The notes under the pieces: generated by a model
Database searches by the model: none
Told to the model about the DNA's origin: nothing
The model's input: only the letters and a program-made list of their open reading frames with translations
Virus record (IMG/VR): IMGVR_UViG_3300012232_000008
Coordinates: 1 to 42,466 of that record
Reading direction: 5' to 3' (one strand)
Source of the DNA: a virus
Lineage: Duplodnaviria > Caudoviricetes
DNA: 42,466 nt
Program-made: the position numbers and the translations under genes
In this document: piece by piece, positions 7,066 to 16,382 of the stretch
Position numbering within the stretch: position 1 is the stretch's first letter
How the letters are laid out: the number at the start of each line of letters is the position of its first letter

Positions 7066-8952
7066 ATGGCTAGAGGTAAAAAATATACAAACGCTGAGAA
7101 GAGTCCACAGCAACGCAAAGAAGCGTCGGCTGTCCAAACGTGGCTCCAAAAAATAGAACATGCGAAGCGCTACCAAAAGAAAGCCTCTGAACATTTTCGT
7201 TGGACTCGTCTAACTGAAGAATACCGAGGTTATTTCACCGGGCTTCAGGATGCCGCCGATATCTACATCCCGGCGCTTAATTATATTTTTGCTTACGTCA
7301 AAGCCGAGATTCCTCGTCTAGCTCTTCGTGACCCTCGTATTTCAGTCAACCCTAAGAAAGGATCCTCTATTCTTTCTGCAAAGATTTTAGAAAGAGCCCT
7401 AAATTACATTTGGCGTACAAAGAAGATTAAAAGAGAGAATAAAAAGAATCTATTGGATGTTCTTCTTGTAGGACATAGTTGGTTTAAAACCGGATACACC
7501 GGAAAGTTCGGTACTATAGAAGATGCTAATGGCAACACTTTCGAATTTGTAGAGAGTGAGGATTTTTTCGGATATCGAGTTCCTTACGAAAATATTCTCT
7601 TTAATCCGGATTCGAATGATCCTCCTTTTGATTGTCAGTGGATTGCACATGCTGTGTGGATGGACTTAGACGAGGTTAAAAATAATAAAGAATTTAAGCA
7701 TACTGAAAATTTAGAGCCGTCTCTTAAAGAAGATGACATAACTTCAGCCAAAGACCCTATTGACGGTCGTCAACGCTTTGATCCCACCACACCCAAAATA
7801 AAACTCTATGAAGTGTGGGACAAAAAGAACCAAGTCCTCTTTACAATCACCGAGGGCTGCGAGTATTACATCCGTGAGCCGCGCAAATGGCCTTATGATA
7901 TGCGGGGGTTTCCGTTCTCTTTCCTCAGATTAAATGAGGATCCGTGGTGCCCTTATGGATTGCCGGATTGCTACATGTTTGAGGACCAAGTAATTGAACT
8001 TATTAAGATTAGAGCCCAAGAGCTGGACCATTTAAAGCGGTTTAATAGACAGCTTCTCTTGTCTGATGGGACAATGACGGATGATACTAAGCAACAATTT
8101 GCAATGGGCGTAGCTGGTGCTGTTCTTGATGTTAACACCGGAGGCCGTCCGATTAGTGAAGTAGTGGCCCCAATTCCCTATCCTCAGATTCAAACTGACA
8201 TTTACGCAATCGAAGATCGTTTGCAGCAGGATATGATTCGGGTGCATGGACAAACCATTACTGAGCAAGGCGGGACACAGAAAACTTCTTCACGTTCATT
8301 AGGAGAAGTGGAAGCTTTTAACCAAGGAGCAGCCAACCGCCGGGAAGATAAAATTGACTCAATTGAAGATTTTATTGAGGACATTGCCTCTAATTTAGTT
8401 GCCCTCTTACAACAATATGCAGATGTTCCATTTTATGTTGCCGTCACTGGTGATGCTATGGAACAAATTATGAAAGAACTTGAACAACGTCCTTCGGCTG
8501 GAATGAAGAATAGCGTTACAGGAACGAATGGATTCACTTTTACGAAAGAAGATATTAAAGGTGAATTTGATTTTGAAGTGGTGCCCGGATCCACTAAACC
8601 TTTGGATACAGCCCAGAAGATGGCTTATATGTTTCAAGCGTTGGAAACTCTCCCCAAGCTTGGAGTACAACGTGGACCTCTTACACAATTTATTGGCACG
8701 GAGATTGCCGACGGTTTAGACATGGAAGGATTCAAGAAAGCCATGCAGGACGAAATTGAAGCCACTAAACAACGCATTGCAGCGTCTGAACAACAGCAAC
8801 AACAGATGATGCAACTTCAAGTGGCGCAAAGCGCTGCTGACACTCAGATTAAAGCGGAACGTGAAGCGACGAAGCAACAGCAACTTCAGCTTCAAGCAGC
8901 TGAGGCTTTTGGTCTCACGGGACAAGAGGACAAAAAACCAGGTGGGAAATAA
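7066..8952 (+). CDS. Portal protein (P22/N4-like size, Q-rich C-terminal barrel)
   Basis: Follows TerL; AGGAG RBS at ATG 7066; KLYEVWD and FPF..L...P...YG motifs; C-terminal coiled coil. Confidence 0.85.
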   Translation: MARGKKYTNAEKSPQQRKEASAVQTWLQKIEHAKRYQKKASEHFRWTRLTEEYRGYFTGLQDAADIYIPALNYIFAYVKAEIPRLALRDPRISVNPKKGSSILSAKILERALNYIWRTKKIKRENKKNLLDVLLVGHSWFKTGYTGKFGTIEDANGNTFEFVESEDFFGYRVPYENILFNPDSNDPPFDCQWIAHAVWMDLDEVKNNKEFKHTENLEPSLKEDDITSAKDPIDGRQRFDPTTPKIKLYEVWDKKNQVLFTITEGCEYYIREPRKWPYDMRGFPFSFLRLNEDPWCPYGLPDCYMFEDQVIELIKIRAQELDHLKRFNRQLLLSDGTMTDDTKQQFAMGVAGAVLDVNTGGRPISEVVAPIPYPQIQTDIYAIEDRLQQDMIRVHGQTITEQGGTQKTSSRSLGEVEAFNQGAANRREDKIDSIEDFIEDIASNLVALLQQYADVPFYVAVTGDAMEQIMKELEQRPSAGMKNSVTGTNGFTFTKEDIKGEFDFEVVPGSTKPLDTAQKMAYMFQALETLPKLGVQRGPLTQFIGTEIADGLDMEGFKKAMQDEIEATKQRIAASEQQQQQMMQLQVAQSAADTQIKAEREATKQQQLQLQAAEAFGLTGQEDKKPGGK

Positions 8953-9289
8953 CTGTTCTCTTTGTGAGAAATCTTTTGATGAAGTTTCTCTTAAACGGAT
9001 GGTTATAGATAATGGCACTACTTATAAGTATTGCAGTTATTGCTGTAGTTCTTCTACTCCCGTTTCTCCTGATGTTTATTATGGATATGGTAGCGGGACA
9101 CATCACGAAGAGAACATAGCCTATCCAAATGGTCATCCACAAGCTGGCCAACCCATCCCTTTCTCAAGCAAAAGAGAGAAATGGGAAGCAATGAAACTAG
9201 CTGGAGTGCATGAGGCTGGAGATCGTAAGCACGGAGCTCGTCGAGCAGACGATATGCGCCCAGAGAAGCGAAAGAAATATTTCATTTAA
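8942..9289 (+). CDS. Zinc-ribbon protein (FmdB-like, portal-scaffold position); start uncertain
   Basis: CSLC...CSYC and FSSKREKWEAMK..GV.EAGD. Confidence 0.55.
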   Translation: MGNNCSLCEKSFDEVSLKRMVIDNGTTYKYCSYCCSSSTPVSPDVYYGYGSGTHHEENIAYPNGHPQAGQPIPFSSKREKWEAMKLAGVHEAGDRKHGARRADDMRPEKRKKYFI

Positions 9290-9343
9290 CAGATTTTTAG
9301 GAAAGCCCCCTTTATGGAAAGGCTCCTTAACTAGGAGAAACAA

Positions 9344-10264
9344 ATGATAAGTAATGATGCCCTTGAGAAAGCTGCAAGTTCAGCACAAGGAAAGCCAGAA
9401 GCAGCTCCTCTGGCTCCTGTCACTGCAACCTCGGCCCCCATCGACACAGCCAAAGTAGAAGCAAAAATTGAAGCACCAATAGAACAACCTAAGAAAGAAG
9501 AATTAACGGATCAAGAATGGGACGGAGATCCGAATAAGTTGCCCCCTGAACTACAAAAATGGGCCAAAAAAGCCCAAGGCACCCTTACAAAAAAGGCAAT
9601 GTCTCTTGCAGAGGAAAGGCGCTTAGCGGAGGAATTTAAAAGATTCCAATCCAGCCCAGAATGGCAGAACTATCAAACATGGAAACAACAAGGCGCACGG
9701 GGACAAGAGAATCCAAATGTCCAGGAGTCTATGTCCCGCCCCGCTCAATCAGGTGTTACACAACAGGAATGGGAAGATGCCCGACTTGACGAAACTGGAT
9801 CGAAGTTTAGTTCACTTGTAAACCGCATGGTTAATCAACAGATTAATCAGGCTGCACAAGTGTACGGACAAGAACTTCAACAATTAAGATCCACCCAGCA
9901 AGTTACACAGTTTCAGCAAACCTTATCTGATTTTGCTGACCTGAATCCAGACGTTGTTAAACTCCATGAAATGGGAATTATGAAACCTCTTCTTGAAGAA
10001 GAAATGAAGAATGGGAAACATAAATCTTATGATGAAATGGTTCAAGCTGCTTATGAACGTGGTTCGAAGATTCGTGAAGCTGCTTATCAAGATGCTTTGA
10101 CAGCCACACAAGGCCGAGTTCAAGAAAAGAAAGCTGGTGTTATTAATACTGGTACTACTAGTGCTGAGGCAAATGTTGCTTATGTAGATAAAGGAAGTAC
10201 TTTTGAAGAAGCATTTAATTATGCTTTACAAAATAAGAAAGTTAAAGTTAAGGCTAAGCAATAA
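9344..10264 (+). CDS. Capsid scaffolding protein
   Basis: Charged helical protein directly upstream of the major capsid gene; AGGAG RBS. Confidence 0.75.
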   Translation: MISNDALEKAASSAQGKPEAAPLAPVTATSAPIDTAKVEAKIEAPIEQPKKEELTDQEWDGDPNKLPPELQKWAKKAQGTLTKKAMSLAEERRLAEEFKRFQSSPEWQNYQTWKQQGARGQENPNVQESMSRPAQSGVTQQEWEDARLDETGSKFSSLVNRMVNQQINQAAQVYGQELQQLRSTQQVTQFQQTLSDFADLNPDVVKLHEMGIMKPLLEEEMKNGKHKSYDEMVQAAYERGSKIREAAYQDALTATQGRVQEKKAGVINTGTTSAEANVAYVDKGSTFEEAFNYALQNKKVKVKAKQ

Positions 10265-10322
10265 GATTTAGGAGAAGATTTTATAGCAGTGCCTTAAGAA
10301 AGTTATTCTTAAGGAGACTCAA

Positions 10323-11291
10323 ATGAGTTTGGAAACATTATTTAGTTGGGGTCCGGCAGGTGGCGTAGGAGCACTCATCACCTCGACCCAAGAAAATCGA
10401 GACATTAAAGAGTTGCAAGATGCGGTATTTAGCCGCCTTACACTTTTTGATTTTCTCGCGAAGAAAAACAAAGTGAGACGTGGTGGTGGAACTTCCATCA
10501 TTGTTCCGATTCGGTCCAGCATCAACACAACGGCTGCGTCCTATTCGAACTATCAACCTATTGATACCACGCCGCAAGACAATGAGACGGCTGCCCAATA
10601 CCTGTACAAACAGTATGCGGCTTCTATCTCAATCTCAGGCAAAGAAGAGCGTGTTCAAAATAAAGGGAAATATGAGGTTCTCGACCTCGTAAAGACCAAA
10701 ATTAATGACGCGGAAATGGCGCTTCAGAACAAATTGAACACCGATATGTTCGCAGCGTCTCCGGCCTCTCAGGATGTTGGTTCGTTGGTTACTTCGATTG
10801 ATGCGACTAGCTCAATTGGACAAATTAACTCCACCACGTATTCGTTCTGGCAATCTACTAACACCACGTCGGGATCTTTCTCGGCTCAAGGATTAGCGGA
10901 TATGCGGACTCTGTGGAGCACTCTTGAACAAAGAATGCCGATCAGCGCTCCGGACTTGCTTCTCACCACAACGACTATTCGTGACTATTATGAAGGTTCC
11001 CTCACCCCGCAGCAACGTTATGGGGATTCGGGCACTGGAAATGGTTCGTTTGAAAAATTGAAGTTTAAGAGTGCGATTGTTGATGTCGATTCTCAGTGCA
11101 CTTCTGGCGTGATGTACTTCCTTAACAGTGATGTTATGGAACTCGTTATTGATCCAGATACGGACTTTAAGTTGACTGAGTTCGTTAAACCAGCCAATCA
11201 AGATGCTCGTGTTGCTCAATATCTTGTTGCGCTTGAGCTCGTCATTAAAAACCGTCGTAAACTCGGTAAGCTGAATACGATTACGGCTTAA
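10323..11291 (+). CDS. Major capsid protein (HK97 fold)
   Basis: Position, size (322 aa), GGTSIIVPI...YKQYAASISISG..E...QN.G pattern, strong TAAGGAG RBS. Confidence 0.88.
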   Translation: MSLETLFSWGPAGGVGALITSTQENRDIKELQDAVFSRLTLFDFLAKKNKVRRGGGTSIIVPIRSSINTTAASYSNYQPIDTTPQDNETAAQYLYKQYAASISISGKEERVQNKGKYEVLDLVKTKINDAEMALQNKLNTDMFAASPASQDVGSLVTSIDATSSIGQINSTTYSFWQSTNTTSGSFSAQGLADMRTLWSTLEQRMPISAPDLLLTTTTIRDYYEGSLTPQQRYGDSGTGNGSFEKLKFKSAIVDVDSQCTSGVMYFLNSDVMELVIDPDTDFKLTEFVKPANQDARVAQYLVALELVIKNRRKLGKLNTITA

Positions 11292-11305
11292 GGGAGAACA
11301 TTAAT

Positions 11306-11542
11306 ATGGCTTCTCTTAGAACTGGCACCCCAGGACTTGGCGGACAAGGCGTAATTCGTACTATACGCATTTCTGCTTGTGTTACTGGCGATACCCTCGC
11401 ATGGGCATTACCGATGAAAGGCTTCATCTCTGTAAATGAAACAACGACCGATGCAATTAGTGCGACGTATAACACCACCACGAAATTGTTCACGATCACT
11501 GTTGCAAATACACCGGATATTGCCATTCACATACTTCAATAA
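11306..11542 (+). CDS. Small virion protein (Thr-rich, beta-strand-like)
   Basis: Follows capsid gene; GGAG RBS. Confidence 0.6.
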   Translation: MASLRTGTPGLGGQGVIRTIRISACVTGDTLAWALPMKGFISVNETTTDAISATYNTTTKLFTITVANTPDIAIHILQ

Positions 11543-11559
11543 TTCAAGGAGACACAACT

Positions 11560-12051
11560 ATGCAGTTTTCACAATTAAATGGCGGTCCGTTAACAGACGC
11601 TGAAAAGGTTTACGCAGCGGTGCGTAACATCTCAGGGGCTACTCAGTCCTTGGGAGCTGCGGTATATTTTACCGTAGCCTCACCGGACGGTATCAGTGTT
11701 TCTAATGCTGGTACTACACGCAAATGGAGTTTTGCAGGTATTCTTCCTGTGGCTCTTTCCGACAGTTCTTATGGTCGGGCACAAGTGTACGGTATCTGTT
11801 CTGCCTACATGGTGTTGAAAGACTCTGCGGTATCTGCAACGCCGGGAGTCCAGCTTAATGCTGTTGATTCTGCTGCGTATCTGAAAGATACAGCGGTTGC
11901 TGACCTATTCACCTTCGTTGCGGCTTCGTCTGCGACGTTTACGTGGAGTGGCGGAAACCCGTGGAACTTCGTGACTTTAATGGACACGTATGCTTCTGCG
12001 GCTAGTGCTAATTCAACCCCGGCCCTCAAAACCGTGTTTGTTCGCGCTTAA
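11560..12051 (+). CDS. Capsid decoration/cement protein
   Basis: VRNISGAT..LG.AV...FAGI...L.D..YG.AQVYG pattern typical of cement proteins; position. Confidence 0.65.
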   Translation: MQFSQLNGGPLTDAEKVYAAVRNISGATQSLGAAVYFTVASPDGISVSNAGTTRKWSFAGILPVALSDSSYGRAQVYGICSAYMVLKDSAVSATPGVQLNAVDSAAYLKDTAVADLFTFVAASSATFTWSGGNPWNFVTLMDTYASAASANSTPALKTVFVRA

Positions 12052-12164
12052 CAGTTTCAAAATCGTTGGAGTTAGGGAGTAACGAACCTTAGGTATGGAG
12101 ATAATTTCAAAGGCCGAAAGCAAGCTGGCTCTGCTTAAACCAGTACAATTTATTGGGAGATAAA

Positions 12165-13247
12165 ATGAAAGTATTATTTGTCTGTGGAACAGCAGGACAT
12201 GACCCACACCAACGTACCACAAGAGCTACAGGCGGGATATTAAATAGCCTTACTCTCATTCCAGAATACCTAGCCTCTCAAGGTCATGAGGTATTTGTTA
12301 ATAGCTCTTATGAGCCTAAAGATGGGTATGAGATTATAAATGGTGTTAATTACGTAGCTTCTGGAAGAGATATTGGGAAGTGGGACGTAGTTATTTTTAA
12401 TCGAAACGTTCTTCCTAAAGACTTTATTTTTTATAGCAAGGAAATTGGGGCTAAGGTTGTATGGTGGTTGCACGATGTAGTGCAACTCACATATCTTAAA
12501 GATGATGCTTTTAAGTATGTGGATAAAGTTGTTGCTCTTTCTAATTATTGTAAACAAACATATACAGATTTTTATGATATTCCAACTGATAAAGTTATAG
12601 TCATTCCTAATGGAGTAGATCCTAAAATATTCTACCCAGGAACTGCAGAACAGCGAAATTCTCAGATGATTTTGACCGCCTCTGCACTAATTAAAGGATT
12701 TGTACCAATTCCAGCAGTGTACGATAATCTAAAGCGACACAATCCAGACATTGATTTTAGGATTTACAGTTCACAGAAGCTTCATGGGATGGAGAACAAT
12801 TCCTCTCAACAAGCTTTTTTAGACAGCATGGAACGGGGTGGGGCACACATCTATCACCCAGTTAGTCCAGAAGTATTAGGACATTTGCTTAGACAAGCTC
12901 GGTGTTTGTTGATGCCGAACAGCTACCCGGAGATTTGTTCAAACCTTTTACTTCAAGCGCAGGCGTGTGGATGCCCGGTGGTTACCTCCGACATAGGAGC
13001 TAACCCGGAATTTATTGAGAATGAAGTAACGGGAATATACACAACCAAATATAAACCGCATGACATGTACTCTTGGGTAGTTGAGTATGTCAATAAAGTT
13101 TTAGATGTTTATTTAGATAACAAGTTGTTTGAAACAATAAATAAAAATGCACCGAGAGATGTAAAGACATGGAACGAGATTGGGAGGTCTTGGGATGAGT
13201 TACTTCAAGTGGTTGTGGCAGAACATCAAGTATTACAGAAAAGTTAA
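12165..13247 (+). CDS. GT4 (GT-B fold) glycosyltransferase
   Basis: GHEV, VWWLHD, VVALS, VIPNGVD, PEICSNLLLQAQACGCPVVTSDIG (E-x7-Q in place of E-x7-E). Confidence 0.9.
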   Translation: MKVLFVCGTAGHDPHQRTTRATGGILNSLTLIPEYLASQGHEVFVNSSYEPKDGYEIINGVNYVASGRDIGKWDVVIFNRNVLPKDFIFYSKEIGAKVVWWLHDVVQLTYLKDDAFKYVDKVVALSNYCKQTYTDFYDIPTDKVIVIPNGVDPKIFYPGTAEQRNSQMILTASALIKGFVPIPAVYDNLKRHNPDIDFRIYSSQKLHGMENNSSQQAFLDSMERGGAHIYHPVSPEVLGHLLRQARCLLMPNSYPEICSNLLLQAQACGCPVVTSDIGANPEFIENEVTGIYTTKYKPHDMYSWVVEYVNKVLDVYLDNKLFETINKNAPRDVKTWNEIGRSWDELLQVVVAEHQVLQKS

Positions 13248-13899
13248 ACGGGGCCTTAAAGCTAAAGAAGTTTTTTTGTGGGATAATAAGCTGCCCTCTC
13301 AAATTTATAACAAATATCACCCAGCTACCAATTTTGGTGGGATAAAAGTTTTAAATATCGGCTGCGGAAAATGTGTTTATAAAGCCTCTAATGTAACCAA
13401 TGTTGATATTGCAGAATATGATGGGATTAATCTTGTGTGGGATCTATCAAAGGCTCCCTACCCACTAGAATCTAACAGCTACGATTTAATTATTGCCAAC
13501 CATGTTTTAGAACACATACCAGACTGGTTTGAGTGTATGAAAGAGATGGCAAGACTTGTGAAGGTGGGAGGACGTATTGAGGTTTGGGTTCCACCAATTT
13601 CAAGTGACACAGCATTTTCTTACAAAGACCACATTAACCGTATAGGACTATACTCTTTCGCGGGGGTTATAAATAATAAACAAGCCGGGACTAACTTGCT
13701 TGTGGCAATTCAAGATGGGAGGGACGGAGACTTTAGCAACCTTGAACTTGTATGGAGAGGCCAAACTACAATTTTTACCTGGTGGATGTTATTTACTCCT
13801 GAATGGTTTGTTACTTGGTGCACCAATCACTTACGTAACACTGTGAGTGAGGAAGGGTTTAAGTTTACAAAGAGGGTGACAGTGTATGGAATCAATTGA
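13195..13899 (+). CDS. Class I SAM-dependent methyltransferase
   Basis: VLNIGCG, NVDI, YDLIIANHVLEHI, LVKVGG. Confidence 0.88.
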   Translation: MSYFKWLWQNIKYYRKVKRGLKAKEVFLWDNKLPSQIYNKYHPATNFGGIKVLNIGCGKCVYKASNVTNVDIAEYDGINLVWDLSKAPYPLESNSYDLIIANHVLEHIPDWFECMKEMARLVKVGGRIEVWVPPISSDTAFSYKDHINRIGLYSFAGVINNKQAGTNLLVAIQDGRDGDFSNLELVWRGQTTIFTWWMLFTPEWFVTWCTNHLRNTVSEEGFKFTKRVTVYGIN

Positions 13900-14098
13900 C
13901 CTCTTACGCTGCCAAAGCTGCTTAATGGTTTTTGACCAGTGGACGATGGTAACCCACGCCACAAAGCGAGCCTGTCAAAATAGATTTGTTTTAGTTGTGC
14001 CAACTAAGTGGCATAAATTTTGTTGGTTTATAAATCAACCTATTCATGTTATTGCCTTGTTTATAAAAGATTTTAGGGAGAAACACCATGAAGCGTGA
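13886..14098 (+). CDS. Small Cys/His-containing protein
   Basis: CQSC...H....C; overlaps both neighbours. Confidence 0.5.
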   Translation: MESIDLLRCQSCLMVFDQWTMVTHATKRACQNRFVLVVPTKWHKFCWFINQPIHVIALFIKDFREKHHEA

Positions 14099-14816
14099 AT
14101 GTTCAATTGCAATTCCAATAGCTCAGATGGTGGAACCTAAAACACTTCAGAGTATGATGGCTCTAGTTAATTATTCTGCTACACACGGTATTGATATTAA
14201 ACATATTGGAATAACAGAAAGAGCACTAATAGATGATGCTCGTAATGTATTGGCTGATACATTTCTTAAAAGCCCAACTGAGTGGATGTTCTGGATGGAT
14301 TCAGACATGGTGTTTGATCCCGACACTATAGTCAAGCTTTTTAATGTCGCCGAGGCCAAGAAAGCCAAGATGGTAACAGGCATTTATTATCAACGGAAAG
14401 GAATGAACTATCCCTGTCTCTGGAGTAGGGGCGACGAGCTGGAAGGTAGAGACGAAAAAACAGGTTTAGGTTCACCTAAATCCAGTACCAATAAATACGT
14501 AGGAACCTTTGCTTTTCCTCATAAGGACAAGAAAGAACCATTTAAAGTTCATGCCGCAGGATTTGGGTGTGTACTAGTTCATAGAAGTGTATTTGAGGTG
14601 TTGCCCCGCCCTTGGTTTAAATTCATCAAAGGAACCTGTTCTGAGGACTTCTATTTCTTTGTTAATGCCCACGAAATGGGTTTTGAACTATGGGCAGAGC
14701 CGACAATAAATTTAGGGCATATAGGTGATGCTCCGGTGATAACAAAGAATGATTTTTGGAAAAAAGCAGACAAAGCAAATATTGAAGTAGATACAATTAA
14801 GACAAAGGTGGAATAA
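14088..14816 (+). CDS. GT2-like (GT-A fold) glycosyltransferase
   Basis: IDDARN, MFWMDSDM (DxD), AAGFGCVLVHRSVF, SEDFYF, LGHIG. Confidence 0.85.
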   Translation: MKRECSIAIPIAQMVEPKTLQSMMALVNYSATHGIDIKHIGITERALIDDARNVLADTFLKSPTEWMFWMDSDMVFDPDTIVKLFNVAEAKKAKMVTGIYYQRKGMNYPCLWSRGDELEGRDEKTGLGSPKSSTNKYVGTFAFPHKDKKEPFKVHAAGFGCVLVHRSVFEVLPRPWFKFIKGTCSEDFYFFVNAHEMGFELWAEPTINLGHIGDAPVITKNDFWKKADKANIEVDTIKTKVE

Positions 14817-14818
14817 AT

Positions 14819-15094
14819 ATGACAGGAACTTATCGCGTAACAGATGACGGCCTCGCTGGTCCCGGTGTCGCAATACGTGTGCACAGCATTGTTGTTAAAT
14901 CAGGGGGTACTGCTGCAGTTGTTGCTATTTTAAATGGTACTTCAAATGGTACTGAGTACGATCAAATTAACGGCACTATTAACCAAGCCGTTGTACGTAA
15001 CTACGAAGGTGGGATGGTTCTACCAACGGGGTGTTATATTAATTTAGATTCAAATACTACTTATGTAACTGTAAATCTCGAAGTGATTGGATAA
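14819..15094 (+). CDS. Small virion-associated beta protein, paralog of the next gene
   Basis: Shares AIR..I..KS...ILNGT...GTEYD...G...GMVLP.GCYI...VT...E.IG with 15098..15703. Confidence 0.7.
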   Translation: MTGTYRVTDDGLAGPGVAIRVHSIVVKSGGTAAVVAILNGTSNGTEYDQINGTINQAVVRNYEGGMVLPTGCYINLDSNTTYVTVNLEVIG

Positions 15095-15097
15095 TTT

Positions 15098-15703
15098 ATG
15101 GCATTTCGCTCAATATCGGGAGTACAGGGCGTTTCTGCTACAGCTACAATTACTGTTACTAATTATCTTAATTTAGTTACTAAAACAGTAACTGTGGGCT
15201 CTACAGTTTTAACAGAAGGAGCAGCAGCAGATTTTTTAGCGGCAATTTCTAACGATGCAACTGCTACTTCATTAGCTGCGGCTATTGATGGACTTACCGG
15301 AATATCTGCATCGGCAAATGCGGCTGTTGTTACGATTACGATTGATGCTACTGGAACAGCTGGAAACTTAACAGCATTATCTACCAATTCAACAAGTGCT
15401 GTTACTCTTGCTGCATTTAGTGGTGGAGTAGATCAAGTATTAGCTTCGGGAGCAATCGGACGTTCAGGAAGCGCTATACGTCTTTACAACATTAACTGTA
15501 AATCATTCTCATCCGGAACTAAAACAACACAAATTTTAAACGGCACAGATTCTAGTGGAACAGAGTATGACCTATTAACTGGTATAGCCAGTCAGTCCAT
15601 ACTTCATGATTATAAAGTTGGAATGGTTCTTCCTAGTGGATGTTATATTGTCTCAGGAGACGGAGTTTCTTTCGTAACTGCTGAATTTGAGACGATTGGA
15701 TAA
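15098..15703 (+). CDS. Virion-associated protein: paralogous domain plus about 110-aa Ala/Thr/Ser-rich insertion
   Basis: C-terminal half aligns by eye with 14819..15094; insert ATATITVT...TATSLAAAIDG...AVVTIT...GTAGN. Confidence 0.7.
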   Translation: MAFRSISGVQGVSATATITVTNYLNLVTKTVTVGSTVLTEGAAADFLAAISNDATATSLAAAIDGLTGISASANAAVVTITIDATGTAGNLTALSTNSTSAVTLAAFSGGVDQVLASGAIGRSGSAIRLYNINCKSFSSGTKTTQILNGTDSSGTEYDLLTGIASQSILHDYKVGMVLPSGCYIVSGDGVSFVTAEFETIG

Positions 15704-15767
15704 TAAATTTATTGAGGCCCAGCTTCATCTAAGGGCTTTAGTTGTACCCAATAAAGGAGAAAATGTC

Positions 15768-16370
15768 ATGGAAGTATTAAGTGGTGTGTTAATTAAAGAA
15801 GTTGCTGGTGCTACAGATAAAGTTGCATATATTGATAATCTACCAAAGAAGTTTTTGTATCAACGTGTACGAAAGATGATAGTAGATCCCTATGATCCCC
15901 AACAGCGTGTTGTGCCGGAATATCAATTGGTGGACGGAAAGAAAGTCCCTACCAATGCGTTTGTTGATGAAATTCTACCGGGTATTGAAAGAAGTCAAAC
16001 CGGAGATGATGCTTATGTATTTTTTACGGTTTATAACGAAGCGAAGGCAAAACTAGCTGCAATTGACCATTACATTAAAATGTCAATGCCAATTGCAGAG
16101 CGTATTCAAGAACGTATTCCTTTGGCGCTTCAACCGGGCCTGATGTCCTCTGGACCTCGGCCTCTCTCAGATATTCCCCACGTGGTGCTTCCTGCTCCTG
16201 TTTCTCCCCCAGCGCAAGCTGTGCAGGAGGGGACACCCGTGGCGGCTTTAGCCCCACAAAAGAAAGCCCGTAAGCCTATGACTGAGCTTCAAAAAGAAGA
16301 GGCTCGTAAACGCATGGCCCGTGCCCGTGAAGTTGCTCGTGCCCAAAAAGTAGGAGACATTTCGAAGTAA
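15768..16370 (+). CDS. Hypothetical protein with basic C-terminal helix
   Basis: AAGGAG RBS at ATG 15768; KPMTELQKEEARKRMARARE. Confidence 0.65.
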   Translation: MEVLSGVLIKEVAGATDKVAYIDNLPKKFLYQRVRKMIVDPYDPQQRVVPEYQLVDGKKVPTNAFVDEILPGIERSQTGDDAYVFFTVYNEAKAKLAAIDHYIKMSMPIAERIQERIPLALQPGLMSSGPRPLSDIPHVVLPAPVSPPAQAVQEGTPVAALAPQKKARKPMTELQKEEARKRMARAREVARAQKVGDISK

Positions 16371-16382
16371 AGGAGTCCCTTT

